From positions 1 to 41,021 of the forward strand of contig CASFLC010000085.1 in assembly GCA_949295475.1 (NCBI GenBank): DNA of 41,021 nucleotides, written 5' to 3'. A program made the position numbers and the translations under genes. Position 1 is the stretch's first letter. Each line of letters starts with the position of its first letter. The notes below the pieces were generated by a model. It did no database searches, was not told the origin of the DNA, and saw only the letters and a program-made list of their open reading frames with translations. Origin of the DNA: an uncultured Pseudomonadota bacterium. GTDB lineage: Bacteria > Pseudomonadota > Alphaproteobacteria > RF32 > CAG-239. Shown one piece after another: positions 7,598 to 16,290 of the stretch.

Positions 7598-8335
7598 TTA
7601 TTTCCAGTCTCCGACAGTCGCCTGCCAGAGCGTCAGTGCTGCGGCGACGGCAGTTTCCGCCCGCAGAATCCTCGGCCCGAGAGAAATTCCTCTGACAAAC
7701 GGCTGCCGACGCAGCAGATGCAGTTCTTCTTCCGAAAAACCGCCTTCCGGTCCGACCAGAATTGCGGCCGGCTTGCCTGCTGCGGTCCGGAATGTTTCCA
7801 GAGCCGGCTGCCCGCCGCCGCTTTCGTCCATCAGAAAGATTATTCTGTTTATATCCCAATTTTTTAAAATATTGGTTAAAGTCTGTACCGGTATAATTTC
7901 CGGCACATCCAGACGCCGGCATTGTTCCGCGGCTTCTATGGCCTGAGCCCGGTAACGTTCGGTGCGGACGGTGTCTGCGTTGGTGTAGGCCGTGTAAACC
8001 GGGCAGATTTTTGAAATGCCCAATTCGGTCGCTTTTTCAATAATGTAATCTGTACGTTCTTTTTTGACCGGGGCAAACAGCAGCCAAACATCAGGTACGG
8101 CTGCGAACGGCCGGAGCCGGCGTTTTGTTTGCAGAACGGTTTGCTTTTTGTGCGGCAGGATTACGGTGCAAAAATATTCGCCGTCTGTGCCGTTAAAGCA
8201 GACGATGTTTTCGCTTTGTTTTAGGCGCATGACGTTGCAGACGTAGTGGGACATGTCCGGCGAAAGGGTAAGTTCCCGGTTTTCGGAGAGCGGAACATCT
8301 ATGTACAAACGGGGCGGGTTTTTTGTTTTGCTCAT
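7598..8335 (-). CDS. rsmE: 16S rRNA m3U1498 methyltransferase RsmE
   Basis: HYVCNVMRL, EKATELG, EAAEQC, VGPEGGF, LGPRILRAETA. Confidence 0.96.
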   Translation of the reverse strand: MSKTKNPPRLYIDVPLSENRELTLSPDMSHYVCNVMRLKQSENIVCFNGTDGEYFCTVILPHKKQTVLQTKRRLRPFAAVPDVWLLFAPVKKERTDYIIEKATELGISKICPVYTAYTNADTVRTERYRAQAIEAAEQCRRLDVPEIIPVQTLTNILKNWDINRIIFLMDESGGGQPALETFRTAAGKPAAILVGPEGGFSEEELHLLRRQPFVRGISLGPRILRAETAVAAALTLWQATVGDWK

Positions 8336-8856
8336 GGCGTTACCCTGATGCGAAGGATGCGGCTTTGCAAACAGCGGCGGTCATCGGTTTGGTTGTCCAG
8401 ATATAGTTTTGTGGTTCCCGGGGTCACCGACAGGAATTCGATAATACGAACGTCATTTTGCTTTTGAGTACTGATCGGTTTGATGATGTTTTCGTTGGTG
8501 TCAATGTGCCAGGAGGTGTCGTTTGCTTCAGGCAGTTCCAGCTTCAAAATATAGTTTAAGGGGATTTTGACATTGCGCAAGTCAGCGGTCTGCAAGCTGA
8601 GCGTCAATACCGGCGCCGGCCGTTCGGGGAGAATCTTTTCGGCAATGGCTTCAAAATCCACGCTTTGTCCGCTGGGAACAGGGATAAAAACCGCGTCGGA
8701 GGCCGTTTGGTCTTTGTCTTTTTGAGGAACGGCGGCAGAGGCGCGCGCTACGTTTTGAAAAGAAAAGGCTTTCTGCGGACTTTGAGCGACAAAAGCCTGC
8801 GCCGGGCCGGCGAGGGCCGCCAAAACGGCAAGTAATGCAACAGGTGTTTTTTTCAT
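8332..8856 (-). CDS. Secreted protein with a C-terminal chagasin/I42-like Ig domain
   Basis: Signal peptide MKKTPVALLAVLAALAGPAQA; C-terminal LKLELPE..W..FLSVTPGTTKL..RIRV pattern of I42 inhibitors; ATGA overlap with rsmE. Confidence 0.6.
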   Translation of the reverse strand: MKKTPVALLAVLAALAGPAQAFVAQSPQKAFSFQNVARASAAVPQKDKDQTASDAVFIPVPSGQSVDFEAIAEKILPERPAPVLTLSLQTADLRNVKIPLNYILKLELPEANDTSWHIDTNENIIKPISTQKQNDVRIIEFLSVTPGTTKLYLDNQTDDRRCLQSRILRIRVTP

Positions 8857-8979
8857 TTTCTTTCTCCCCAAAACATTTCGTGGCATAAATCCGAAATTAT
8901 GGTGTACACCTTTAGTTTATCGGTTATTTTAACAAATAGAAAGTAAAATTTTGGTTACATTTGAGTTGCGGAATAAAGA

Positions 8980-9651
8980 ATGATTATTACGATAGACGGT
9001 CCGGCCGCCGCCGGAAAAGGAACTCTGGCAGGGAGCTTGTCCCGAAAATATAATCTGGCGTATTTTGATACCGGCATGGTTTACCGGGCTGTCGGATTGG
9101 AGATGGTCTTGACCCATCAGGATGTGAATGACGAAGGTTCGGCCGAGCGGGTGGCCAGGGAGCTGACCTTTCAAAAAATGCATCTGTTGGCCGAGAATCG
9201 GGATTTTCGTTCCGACGTGGGCGGAAAAGCGGCGTCCGTTGTGTCTGCGCATCCCAAAGTACGGGCGGCTCTGCTCAAAATGCAGCAGGATTTTTCTCTT
9301 AATCCGACATTTGCGGACGGGACACCCGCTGCGGGTGCTATTTATGACGGCAGGGATACCGGAACTGTGGTTTGTCCGCAGGCAGACGTTAAGTTTTTTG
9401 TGACGGCTTCGCCGGAAGTTCGGGCCATGCGCCGGTTTAAGGAATTTCAGCAAAAAGGAATCGAGACGACTTATGAAAAGGTGCTGGCGGATATGAAAGC
9501 GCGAGACGAGAGGGATTCCCAAAGGGCCGCCGCACCCCTGAAACCGGCTTCTGACGCGGTTATTCTCGATACTTCTGCTCTTTCAATCGAAGATGTTATC
9601 AAAAAAGCGGAAAAAATTATCTCTCAAAAGCAAAAATCGCTTGAAAAATAA
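8980..9651 (+). CDS. cmk: Cytidylate kinase
   Basis: ITIDGPAAAGKGT, DTGMVYRA, DGRDTGTVVCPQA, RDERDSQR; lies upstream of rpsA. Confidence 0.96.
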   Translation: MIITIDGPAAAGKGTLAGSLSRKYNLAYFDTGMVYRAVGLEMVLTHQDVNDEGSAERVARELTFQKMHLLAENRDFRSDVGGKAASVVSAHPKVRAALLKMQQDFSLNPTFADGTPAAGAIYDGRDTGTVVCPQADVKFFVTASPEVRAMRRFKEFQQKGIETTYEKVLADMKARDERDSQRAAAPLKPASDAVILDTSALSIEDVIKKAEKIISQKQKSLEK

Positions 9652-9769
9652 TATTTTGGATGTATAAAGGTAACGCTTTGGGCAGCGGGGTGCGCCGCTG
9701 CCGGCGTTTTTTGTTTTAAAGTTCGCACAAGTCCGCCCGAGGGGCCGGCAATTTAATTGAAATTTATTA
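9641..9769 (+). promoter_or_regulatory. rpsA promoter and structured, SD-less leader
   Basis: TTGAAA-N16-TATAAA (extended TG); hairpin GGCAGCGG-ggtgcg-CCGCTGCC (9681-9702) then a T tract; A/U-rich region without SD before the ATG. Confidence 0.5.
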
Positions 9770-11452
9770 ATGACCAATACAGAAATTAAAATTCCCGAAA
9801 TGACCGAAAATTTTGAGGCCCTGCTGAACGAGCAGTTTGGCGACAAGGGATTGGTCGGTTCGGTTGTCAAGGGAACCATCATCAAAGTAACTCCGGATTA
9901 TGCCACGGTTGACGTCGGTCTGAAATCCGAAGGCCGTATTCCGCTGCGCGAATTTGGCCAAAACGCCGAACTGAAAGTCGGCGATCAGGTGGAAGTTTAT
10001 GTTGACCGTTATGAAGACAAAGACGGCAACATTGTTTTGTCCCGTGAAAAAGCCCGCCGCGAAGAAGCCTGGCATGATCTTGAAAAATGCCTCAATTCCG
10101 GCGAAAGAGTTAACGGCGTTATCTTCGGACGCGTCAAGGGCGGCTTTACCGTTGATCTTAACGGTGCCATTGCCTTCCTGCCGGGTTCGCAGATTGATAT
10201 CCGTCCTATTCGCGACATTACCCCGCTGATGGGTATCGTTCAGCCGTTCCAGATTTTGAAGATGGACAAAGTCAGAGGCAATATCGTGGTTTCCCGCCGC
10301 GTTGTTTTGGAAGAAACCCGCGCCGAAGCCCGCGCCGAGCTGATTGACACTCTTAAGGAAGGTTCAATTTTGGAAGGTGTCGTCAAAAATATTACCGATT
10401 ACGGCGCATTTATTGATCTTGGCGGTGTCGACGGTTTGCTGCATGTTACCGATATTTCCTGGAAACGGATCAATCATCCGGCGGAAGTTTTGTCTGTCGG
10501 GCAGACCGTTAAAGTTCAGGTTATCAAGTTTAACGAAGACAATCAGCGCATCAGCCTGGGTATGAAACAGTTGGAAGCCGATCCGTGGCAAAATGTTGCC
10601 GAGAAATACAAAGTCGGTGAAGTTTACAAAGGCAAAGTTACCAATATTACCGATTACGGCGCATTTGTCGAACTTGAAGACGGTATTGAAGGTTTGGTTC
10701 ATGTTTCTGAAATGAGCTGGACCCGCAAGAACGTTCATCCGGGCAAAATTGTTTCTACTTCTCAGGAAGTTGATGTCAAAGTTTTGGAAGTTGACGCCGA
10801 CAAACGCCGCATCAGCCTCGGCATTAAGCAGTGCACGCCGAATCCGTGGGCCGCTTATGTTGAAGAACATCCGGTCGGTTCCGTCATCGAGGGCAAAATC
10901 AAAAATATTACCGAATTTGGTTTGTTTGTCGGTTTGTCCGATGAAATCGACGGCATGATTCACTTGTCCGACATTTCTTGGGACAAGAGCGGTGAGGAAG
11001 CCGTTAAGGATTATGTCAAGGGTCAGGATATTCAGGCCAAGATTATTGATGTCGATGTTGAAAAAGAACGTATCAGCCTGGGCATCAAACAGTTGACCGA
11101 AAATACGCTGGCAACGGCTCTTGACGGTTTCAAAAAAGGTGACGTTGTCAAAGCGACCGTTACCGGTATTGAGGAAAAAGCCGTTACCGTTGAAGTCAAC
11201 GGCGTTGCCGCTTCCATCAAAAAATCCGACTTGTCAAAAGACAAGGCCGGACAGAATCCCGAAAACTTCAAAGAGGGGGATGTCGTGGAAGCCAAAGTTA
11301 CTTCTGTTGACAAGAAGAACAGTAAGCTCGGTCTGTCAATCAAGGCATTGGAAATTGAAGAAGAGAAGAAGGCTCTGGAAGAATATTCTTCCAACTCCGG
11401 AAACTCTGCTCTCGGCGATGCTTTGGGCGAAGCTCTGAAGAAAAACGCCTGA
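9770..11452 (+). CDS. rpsA: 30S ribosomal protein S1
   Basis: Six S1 domains (VDVGLKSEG, AFLPGSQ, ITDYGAF repeats); highly expressed codon bias. Confidence 0.98.
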   Translation: MTNTEIKIPEMTENFEALLNEQFGDKGLVGSVVKGTIIKVTPDYATVDVGLKSEGRIPLREFGQNAELKVGDQVEVYVDRYEDKDGNIVLSREKARREEAWHDLEKCLNSGERVNGVIFGRVKGGFTVDLNGAIAFLPGSQIDIRPIRDITPLMGIVQPFQILKMDKVRGNIVVSRRVVLEETRAEARAELIDTLKEGSILEGVVKNITDYGAFIDLGGVDGLLHVTDISWKRINHPAEVLSVGQTVKVQVIKFNEDNQRISLGMKQLEADPWQNVAEKYKVGEVYKGKVTNITDYGAFVELEDGIEGLVHVSEMSWTRKNVHPGKIVSTSQEVDVKVLEVDADKRRISLGIKQCTPNPWAAYVEEHPVGSVIEGKIKNITEFGLFVGLSDEIDGMIHLSDISWDKSGEEAVKDYVKGQDIQAKIIDVDVEKERISLGIKQLTENTLATALDGFKKGDVVKATVTGIEEKAVTVEVNGVAASIKKSDLSKDKAGQNPENFKEGDVVEAKVTSVDKKNSKLGLSIKALEIEEEKKALEEYSSNSGNSALGDALGEALKKNA

Positions 11453-11468
11453 TTTCTGGTGTTAACAC

Positions 11469-11507
11469 AAAAAATCTCCTGCCCGCAAGGACAGGAGATT
11501 TTTTTTT
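11469..11507. terminator. Bidirectional intrinsic terminator
   Basis: AAAAAATCTCCTG-cccgcaagga-CAGGAGATTTTTTTTT. Confidence 0.9.
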
Positions 11508-11518
11508 GCTTTAAAATT

Positions 11519-11956
11519 TTACAGATCTTTTACCATTTTGGCGAAGGTAATGCCTTTTTCTTCAAAGATTTCGCCCTCCTGTCGATAGCCGTTTTTTTCG
11601 TAAAAATGAATGACCGTTAACATCGCGTGCATGATGATTTTGTGATATCCGGCTTGCTTGGCGCGGTGTTCGGCATATTTAACCAAATCGCGGCCGATGC
11701 CTTCGCCCTGATATTTTGTGTCGACGGCAACCTGCATCATGCGGATGGTGTCATTGTCGACCGGAACCAGCATTAATCCGCCGATAAGTTTGTCATCCAG
11801 GCTTTCAATGCAGCCGATGTGCAGATAATTGGCTTCCTGTTGGCGGTGCGAATCCAAAAATTTAAGCCCCAGGGGTTCCAACAGAATTTTGTAACGAAGT
11901 TCTACCAGTTCATCATAACGGCTGGAGCCGAAGTCAATGTCGATAATTTTTCTCAT
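11519..11956 (-). CDS. GNAT family N-acetyltransferase (YjcF/ElaA-like)
   Basis: VAVDTKYQGEGIGRDL acetyl-CoA motif, FYEKNGY, F-E-GI; GGAGG RBS before ATG 11956. Confidence 0.9.
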   Translation of the reverse strand: MRKIIDIDFGSSRYDELVELRYKILLEPLGLKFLDSHRQQEANYLHIGCIESLDDKLIGGLMLVPVDNDTIRMMQVAVDTKYQGEGIGRDLVKYAEHRAKQAGYHKIIMHAMLTVIHFYEKNGYRQEGEIFEEKGITFAKMVKDL

Positions 11957-12115
11957 GACGCACCTCCGCAAATTTAGATACTTTGATTATAGTCCCAATT
12001 ATATAATCTAGTCAATCGGAATAGAAAAGAGGGGGATGAAATTTATTGGTTGCAGATTTAAAAAAATCCTTTATTTTCTTAGTCAAGAAGTCAGAAAGAA
12101 GGATTGGTGAAACAG

Positions 12116-13924
12116 ATGAGTACCCATGATTTGAGTTTAATCCGCAACTTTGCGATTATCGCCCATATCGACCACGGCAAGTCAACGCTGGCCGACCGGC
12201 TGATTGAGGCCTGCGGCGGTCTTGAAAAACGCGAAATGACCGAGCAGGTGTTGGACAGCATGGATATTGAACGCGAACGGGGAATTACCATAAAGGCTCA
12301 GACGGTGCGTTTGAATTATAATGCAAAAGACGGCAAGACCTATCAGCTGAATTTGATGGATACGCCCGGGCATGTCGACTTCTCTTATGAAGTCTCCCGG
12401 TCGCTGGCTTCCTGCGAGGGGTCGGTTCTGGTGGTGGATGCGACTCAGGGAGTGGAGGCCCAGACGCTGGCCAATGTTTATCTGGCTATTGAGAATAATC
12501 ACGAAATTATTCCGGTGTTGAATAAAGTGGATTTGCCCTCGGCTGATCCGGAACGTGTGAAAGCTCAGATTGAAGACGTTATCGGATTGGATGCTTCCGA
12601 CGCCATTGAAACTTCCGGAAAAACCGGTTTGGGCGTGGATAATCTGCTGGAGGCTATTGTGACCAGGCTGCCCGCGCCTTCCGGTGACGAGAACGCTCCC
12701 TTAAAAGCGTTGTTGATTGACAGTTGGTATGACAGTTATCTGGGGGTGATAATTCTGGTGCGGGTGCATGACGGTGTGTTGCGCAGAAAAACACAAATCC
12801 GCATGATGTCAAATAATGCGACTTATTTGGTGGACAAGGTCGGTGTGTTTTCTCCAAAAATGACTGATACGGATGCCTTGTATCCCGGTGAAGTCGGTTT
12901 TATCACCGCCAGCATCAAAAGCGTCAGCGATTGTAATATCGGTGATACTCTGACGGATAACAAACGTCCCTGTGATAAGCCTCTGCATGGTTTCAAGCCG
13001 TCCGTTCCGGTGGTCTTCTGCTCTGTTTTTCCGGTGGATTCCAGTCAGTATGAGGCTCTGAAAGATGCTTTGGCCAAGCTGAAGCTCAACGATGCCAGCA
13101 TTGATTTTCAAAACGAGAATTCGGCGGCTCTCGGATTAGGTTTTCGCTGCGGTTTTCTCGGTCTGCTGCACATGGAAATTATTCAGGAACGTCTTGGACG
13201 GGAGTTTGATTTGGACTTGATTACGACAGCGCCGTCGGTGGCCTATAAAATTCACCTGACCAACGGCAGCGGCATGACGCTGCATAATCCCGCCGATATG
13301 CCGGAGCCGACGACAATCCGTTCCATTGAAGAACCGATGGTCAGGGCGACTATTCTGGTGCCTGATACCTACCTTGGTTCGGTGCTTAAACTTTGTACGG
13401 AACGGCGCGGCGAGCAGGTGGAACTGACCTATGTCGGCAGCCGGGCAATGGTTGTTTATAACATTCCTCTTAACGAAATTGTCTTTGATTTTTATGATCG
13501 TTTGAAATCCATTACCAGCGGGTATGCCAGTTTTGATTACGAATTAACGGGATATCAGGAGGCCGATTTGGTCAAGGTGCAAATTTTGATTAATGAGGAA
13601 CCGGTGGATGCTTTGGCCTTTTTGTGCCACCGTTCGGAAGCGGAATCCCGCGGCAGGCAAATTTGTGAGCGTCTTAAAGATTTGATTCCCCGGCATTTGT
13701 TCAAAATTCCGATTCAGGCGACCATCGGCGGACGGGTCGTTGCCCGTGAAACCATTTCGGCTCTGCGTAAAGATGTTACGGCTAAGTGTTACGGCGGAGA
13801 CGTGACCCGTAAGCGCAAACTTTTGGACAAGCAGAAAAAAGGCAAGCAGCGGATGCGCCAGTTCGGCAAGGTAGAGGTTCCTCAATCGGCGTTTATTGAG
13901 GCGTTGAGAATTGGAGATAACTAA
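12116..13924 (+). CDS. lepA: Elongation factor 4 (LepA)
   Basis: [55 protein letters not shown]. Confidence 0.98.
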   Translation: MSTHDLSLIRNFAIIAHIDHGKSTLADRLIEACGGLEKREMTEQVLDSMDIERERGITIKAQTVRLNYNAKDGKTYQLNLMDTPGHVDFSYEVSRSLASCEGSVLVVDATQGVEAQTLANVYLAIENNHEIIPVLNKVDLPSADPERVKAQIEDVIGLDASDAIETSGKTGLGVDNLLEAIVTRLPAPSGDENAPLKALLIDSWYDSYLGVIILVRVHDGVLRRKTQIRMMSNNATYLVDKVGVFSPKMTDTDALYPGEVGFITASIKSVSDCNIGDTLTDNKRPCDKPLHGFKPSVPVVFCSVFPVDSSQYEALKDALAKLKLNDASIDFQNENSAALGLGFRCGFLGLLHMEIIQERLGREFDLDLITTAPSVAYKIHLTNGSGMTLHNPADMPEPTTIRSIEEPMVRATILVPDTYLGSVLKLCTERRGEQVELTYVGSRAMVVYNIPLNEIVFDFYDRLKSITSGYASFDYELTGYQEADLVKVQILINEEPVDALAFLCHRSEAESRGRQICERLKDLIPRHLFKIPIQATIGGRVVARETISALRKDVTAKCYGGDVTRKRKLLDKQKKGKQRMRQFGKVEVPQSAFIEALRIGDN

Positions 13925-14128
13925 AAAAGGCCGTCTGGCTGGTGGCTAATACAGATTTAGCGGGACGGCGAAATGCTCATTTACGCTTAATGTAAACTCC
14001 GCTTTCGCCGCCCTAAAATCTTATTATCCACACACGCCATCCGGCCTTTTTTGTGCCCTATGTCGGAGAGGAGTATGTTTTTCGTCTGGCTGGTGGCTAA
14101 AGCAGTTTTATGCGGGACGGAGAAAAGG
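13923..14128. repeat. Three-copy imperfect repeat (direct, inverted, direct) forming a ~130-nt hairpin; probably also the lepA terminator
   Basis: CGTCTGGCTGGTGGCTAA is exact at 13932-13949 and 14083-14100; 13991-14052 is a degenerate reverse complement; closing stem AAAAAAGGCCG/CGGCCTTTTTT. Confidence 0.8.
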
Positions 14129-14203
14129 TTGTATAATGGCGAAACAGGGCGTTTAACTGCGGTCTTGTACTCGGTCATATATAAAAAATCTGCGCTGAAT
14201 TAG

Positions 14204-14231
14204 TTGACGGTTAACTTTTGCCGGTTACAAT
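14204..14231 (+). promoter_or_regulatory. Putative sigma70 promoter of deoB-pgeF
   Basis: TTGACG-N16-TACAAT about 30 nt before the deoB ATG. Confidence 0.5.
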
Positions 14232-14260
14232 TCCTTTTGCTAACAAGAGGAGAATCGGGG

Positions 14261-15463
14261 ATGGGCAGAGTTGTCATCATTATGATGGATTCATTCGGTA
14301 TCGGCGGGGCGCCGGACGGCGTTGCGTTTAACAATGACGGAGCCAATACGCTGGGGCATATTGCCGCCGCTTATCCGGGACTAAAGCTTCCTAATTTATA
14401 TCGGCTCGGTTTGGCCGAGGCGGTCAGAGGCGCCTGTGGGGAATATCCGGCCGGTTGGTCGACGGCGGGCGCTTCCGTGGCTTTGCCGTCCAAATTTGGT
14501 TATGCCCGTGAAATCAGCAAGGATAAGGACACGGTTTCCGGACATTGGGAGATGGCTGGTCTGCCTAATTTAGAGGGGTGGGGACATTTTAAGCCGGATT
14601 ATCCCTCTTTTCCGTCCGAGTTGATGGAAAAAATCGTAAAAGAAAGCGGAATTCCCGGTGTCTTGGGAAACAGGGCGGCTTCCGGGACAGTTATTATTCA
14701 GGAACTCGGAGAGGAGCATCTGCACAGCGGCAAGCCGATATTTTATACTTCGGCGGACAGCAATATGCAGATTGCCGCCCATGAAGAAAAGTTTGGATTG
14801 GAGCGCTTGTATCGTTTGTGCGAAGTTGCCTATAAACATGTTCAACCTTATCATATCGGGAGGATTATCGCCAGACCTTTTGTCGGCGAAAAAAACGGGG
14901 AGTTCGTCCGCACGACCAATCGCCGCGATTATACGGCTCAGCCTTTTGGAGAAACGCTGCTTGACCGCCTGAAAGCTTCGGGACATGAGGTTATCGGCAT
15001 CGGGGCTATTAATGATATTTATGCCCATCGGGGTATCAGCCGGGAGGTTCATGCCGCCAAACTGGAAAATCTGTGGAACGCAACACTGCAGGAAGTTGAG
15101 AAAGCCGGAGAGGGTAGTCTGGTTTTTGTTAATCTTGAAGATTTTGACATGTATTACGGGCATCGCCGCGATGTGGCGGGTTATGCCCGGGCGTTGGAAT
15201 ATTTTGACGGACGTCTGCCGGAAATTGTTCCGCTTCTGAAACAGGATGATCTTGTTTTTATTACGGCAGATCACGGCAACGATCCGACGTGGGACGGAAC
15301 GGACCATACCCGGGAACAAGTGCCGGTGCTGATGTTCGGACATCGGGTCGCGTCGGAAAACATCGGTCAGCGGGAAACCTATGCTGATATTGCGGCAACG
15401 GTGTCGGATTATTTCGGTCTGCCGTCGCCGGCTTACGGCAAAAGTTTTTTGAAAGGAAGATAA
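14261..15463 (+). CDS. deoB: Phosphopentomutase
   Basis: IIMMDSFGIG, KDTVSGHWE, YTSADS, RIIARPF, DMYYGHRRD, TADHGNDPT, TDHTRE; GAGGAG RBS. Confidence 0.96.
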   Translation: MGRVVIIMMDSFGIGGAPDGVAFNNDGANTLGHIAAAYPGLKLPNLYRLGLAEAVRGACGEYPAGWSTAGASVALPSKFGYAREISKDKDTVSGHWEMAGLPNLEGWGHFKPDYPSFPSELMEKIVKESGIPGVLGNRAASGTVIIQELGEEHLHSGKPIFYTSADSNMQIAAHEEKFGLERLYRLCEVAYKHVQPYHIGRIIARPFVGEKNGEFVRTTNRRDYTAQPFGETLLDRLKASGHEVIGIGAINDIYAHRGISREVHAAKLENLWNATLQEVEKAGEGSLVFVNLEDFDMYYGHRRDVAGYARALEYFDGRLPEIVPLLKQDDLVFITADHGNDPTWDGTDHTREQVPVLMFGHRVASENIGQRETYADIAATVSDYFGLPSPAYGKSFLKGR

Positions 15464-16225
15464 ATGGGTTGGTTTGCACCAAATCTGCCTCGCGACAGGC
15501 ATTGTTTTTTCGGTTCGGAGGGCGGTGTGTCGGAAGGTTTTTATAAGAGCCTTAATCTGAATTTGAAAAGCAAAGACAAGCCGGAGAACATTTATCGAAA
15601 CATGGAAATTGTCGCCGGGTATTATCATCTGCCCCAAACGGCGCTGCATCTGCTTAATCAGGGAGTGAGCGCCGAGGTGATGTTTGTCGAAAAAGCCTCT
15701 CAGATGGCGCATCAGGTTGACGGAGCCGTGACTGACAAGCCGGGGATTATCCTTTCCGTCCGGACGGCTGACTGTGCGCCGGTGCTGCTCGGAGATTTTG
15801 AAAACGGAGTCATCGGTGCGGCGCATGCCGGGTGGCGCGGTGCATTTAAGGGCGTTATAGAAAATACGTTGGATTTGATGTTGTCCAAAGGTGCCCGGCG
15901 GGAAAACATCCGGGCTGCGGTGGGACCGTGCATCGCGCAGCGGTCTTATGAGGTTGACGAAGGGTTTTACCGGCAGTTTACGGAAAAAGATCCTCTGTTT
16001 GCCGTTTTTTTCGGCAATGGGGTTCGTTCAGGTTTTTATCAGTTTGATTTGGAAGCTTTTTGTGTCAGCCGCCTCAAACATTACGGCGTTGAAAACATTT
16101 GCGCTTCGGGGCTGGATACCTATGCGTTGGAAAACCGTTTTTTCAGTTTCCGGCGGTTTACGCATCGGGGGCAGGTGCGCGAAAAATCTGATTTTCCGGT
16201 TGAGATATCCACTATAACCTTATGA
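15464..16225 (+). CDS. pgeF: PgeF/YfiH (LACC1/FAMIN-like) family protein
   Basis: GGVSEGFYKSLNL, TADCAPVLL, AAHAGWRG, VGPCI..YEV, FFSFRR; starts immediately after the deoB stop. Confidence 0.92.
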   Translation: MGWFAPNLPRDRHCFFGSEGGVSEGFYKSLNLNLKSKDKPENIYRNMEIVAGYYHLPQTALHLLNQGVSAEVMFVEKASQMAHQVDGAVTDKPGIILSVRTADCAPVLLGDFENGVIGAAHAGWRGAFKGVIENTLDLMLSKGARRENIRAAVGPCIAQRSYEVDEGFYRQFTEKDPLFAVFFGNGVRSGFYQFDLEAFCVSRLKHYGVENICASGLDTYALENRFFSFRRFTHRGQVREKSDFPVEISTITL

Positions 16226-16290
16226 TTGCTTTTAATTTTTGAAAAATCTGGTATGCTGAGCAATATGGCTTAACAAGACTGAACGTTTGA

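Noticed and set aside
10381-10930. DNA-level repeats such as AATATTACCGATTACGGCGCATTT in rpsA
   Set aside because: Explained by the tandem S1 domains.
13938-14096. E. coli Chi octamer GCTGGTGG in both direct arms
   Set aside because: Two copies follow from the duplication itself, and that Chi sequence is not established for alphaproteobacterial AddAB.
13923-14128. Repeat element as a CRISPR array, 6S RNA or tRNA
   Set aside because: Only three degenerate copies in mixed orientation and no cas genes; no large central bubble as in 6S; no cloverleaf.
13987-14178. 63-aa minus-strand ORF within the repeat region
   Set aside because: No RBS, and it runs across the palindromic arms; probably spurious.
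14570-15826. 418-aa antisense ORF over deoB/pgeF, and similar shadows over ELM1, djlA, deoA and rpoN
   Set aside because: They fully overlap well-supported genes on the opposite strand and have no protein-like signatures.
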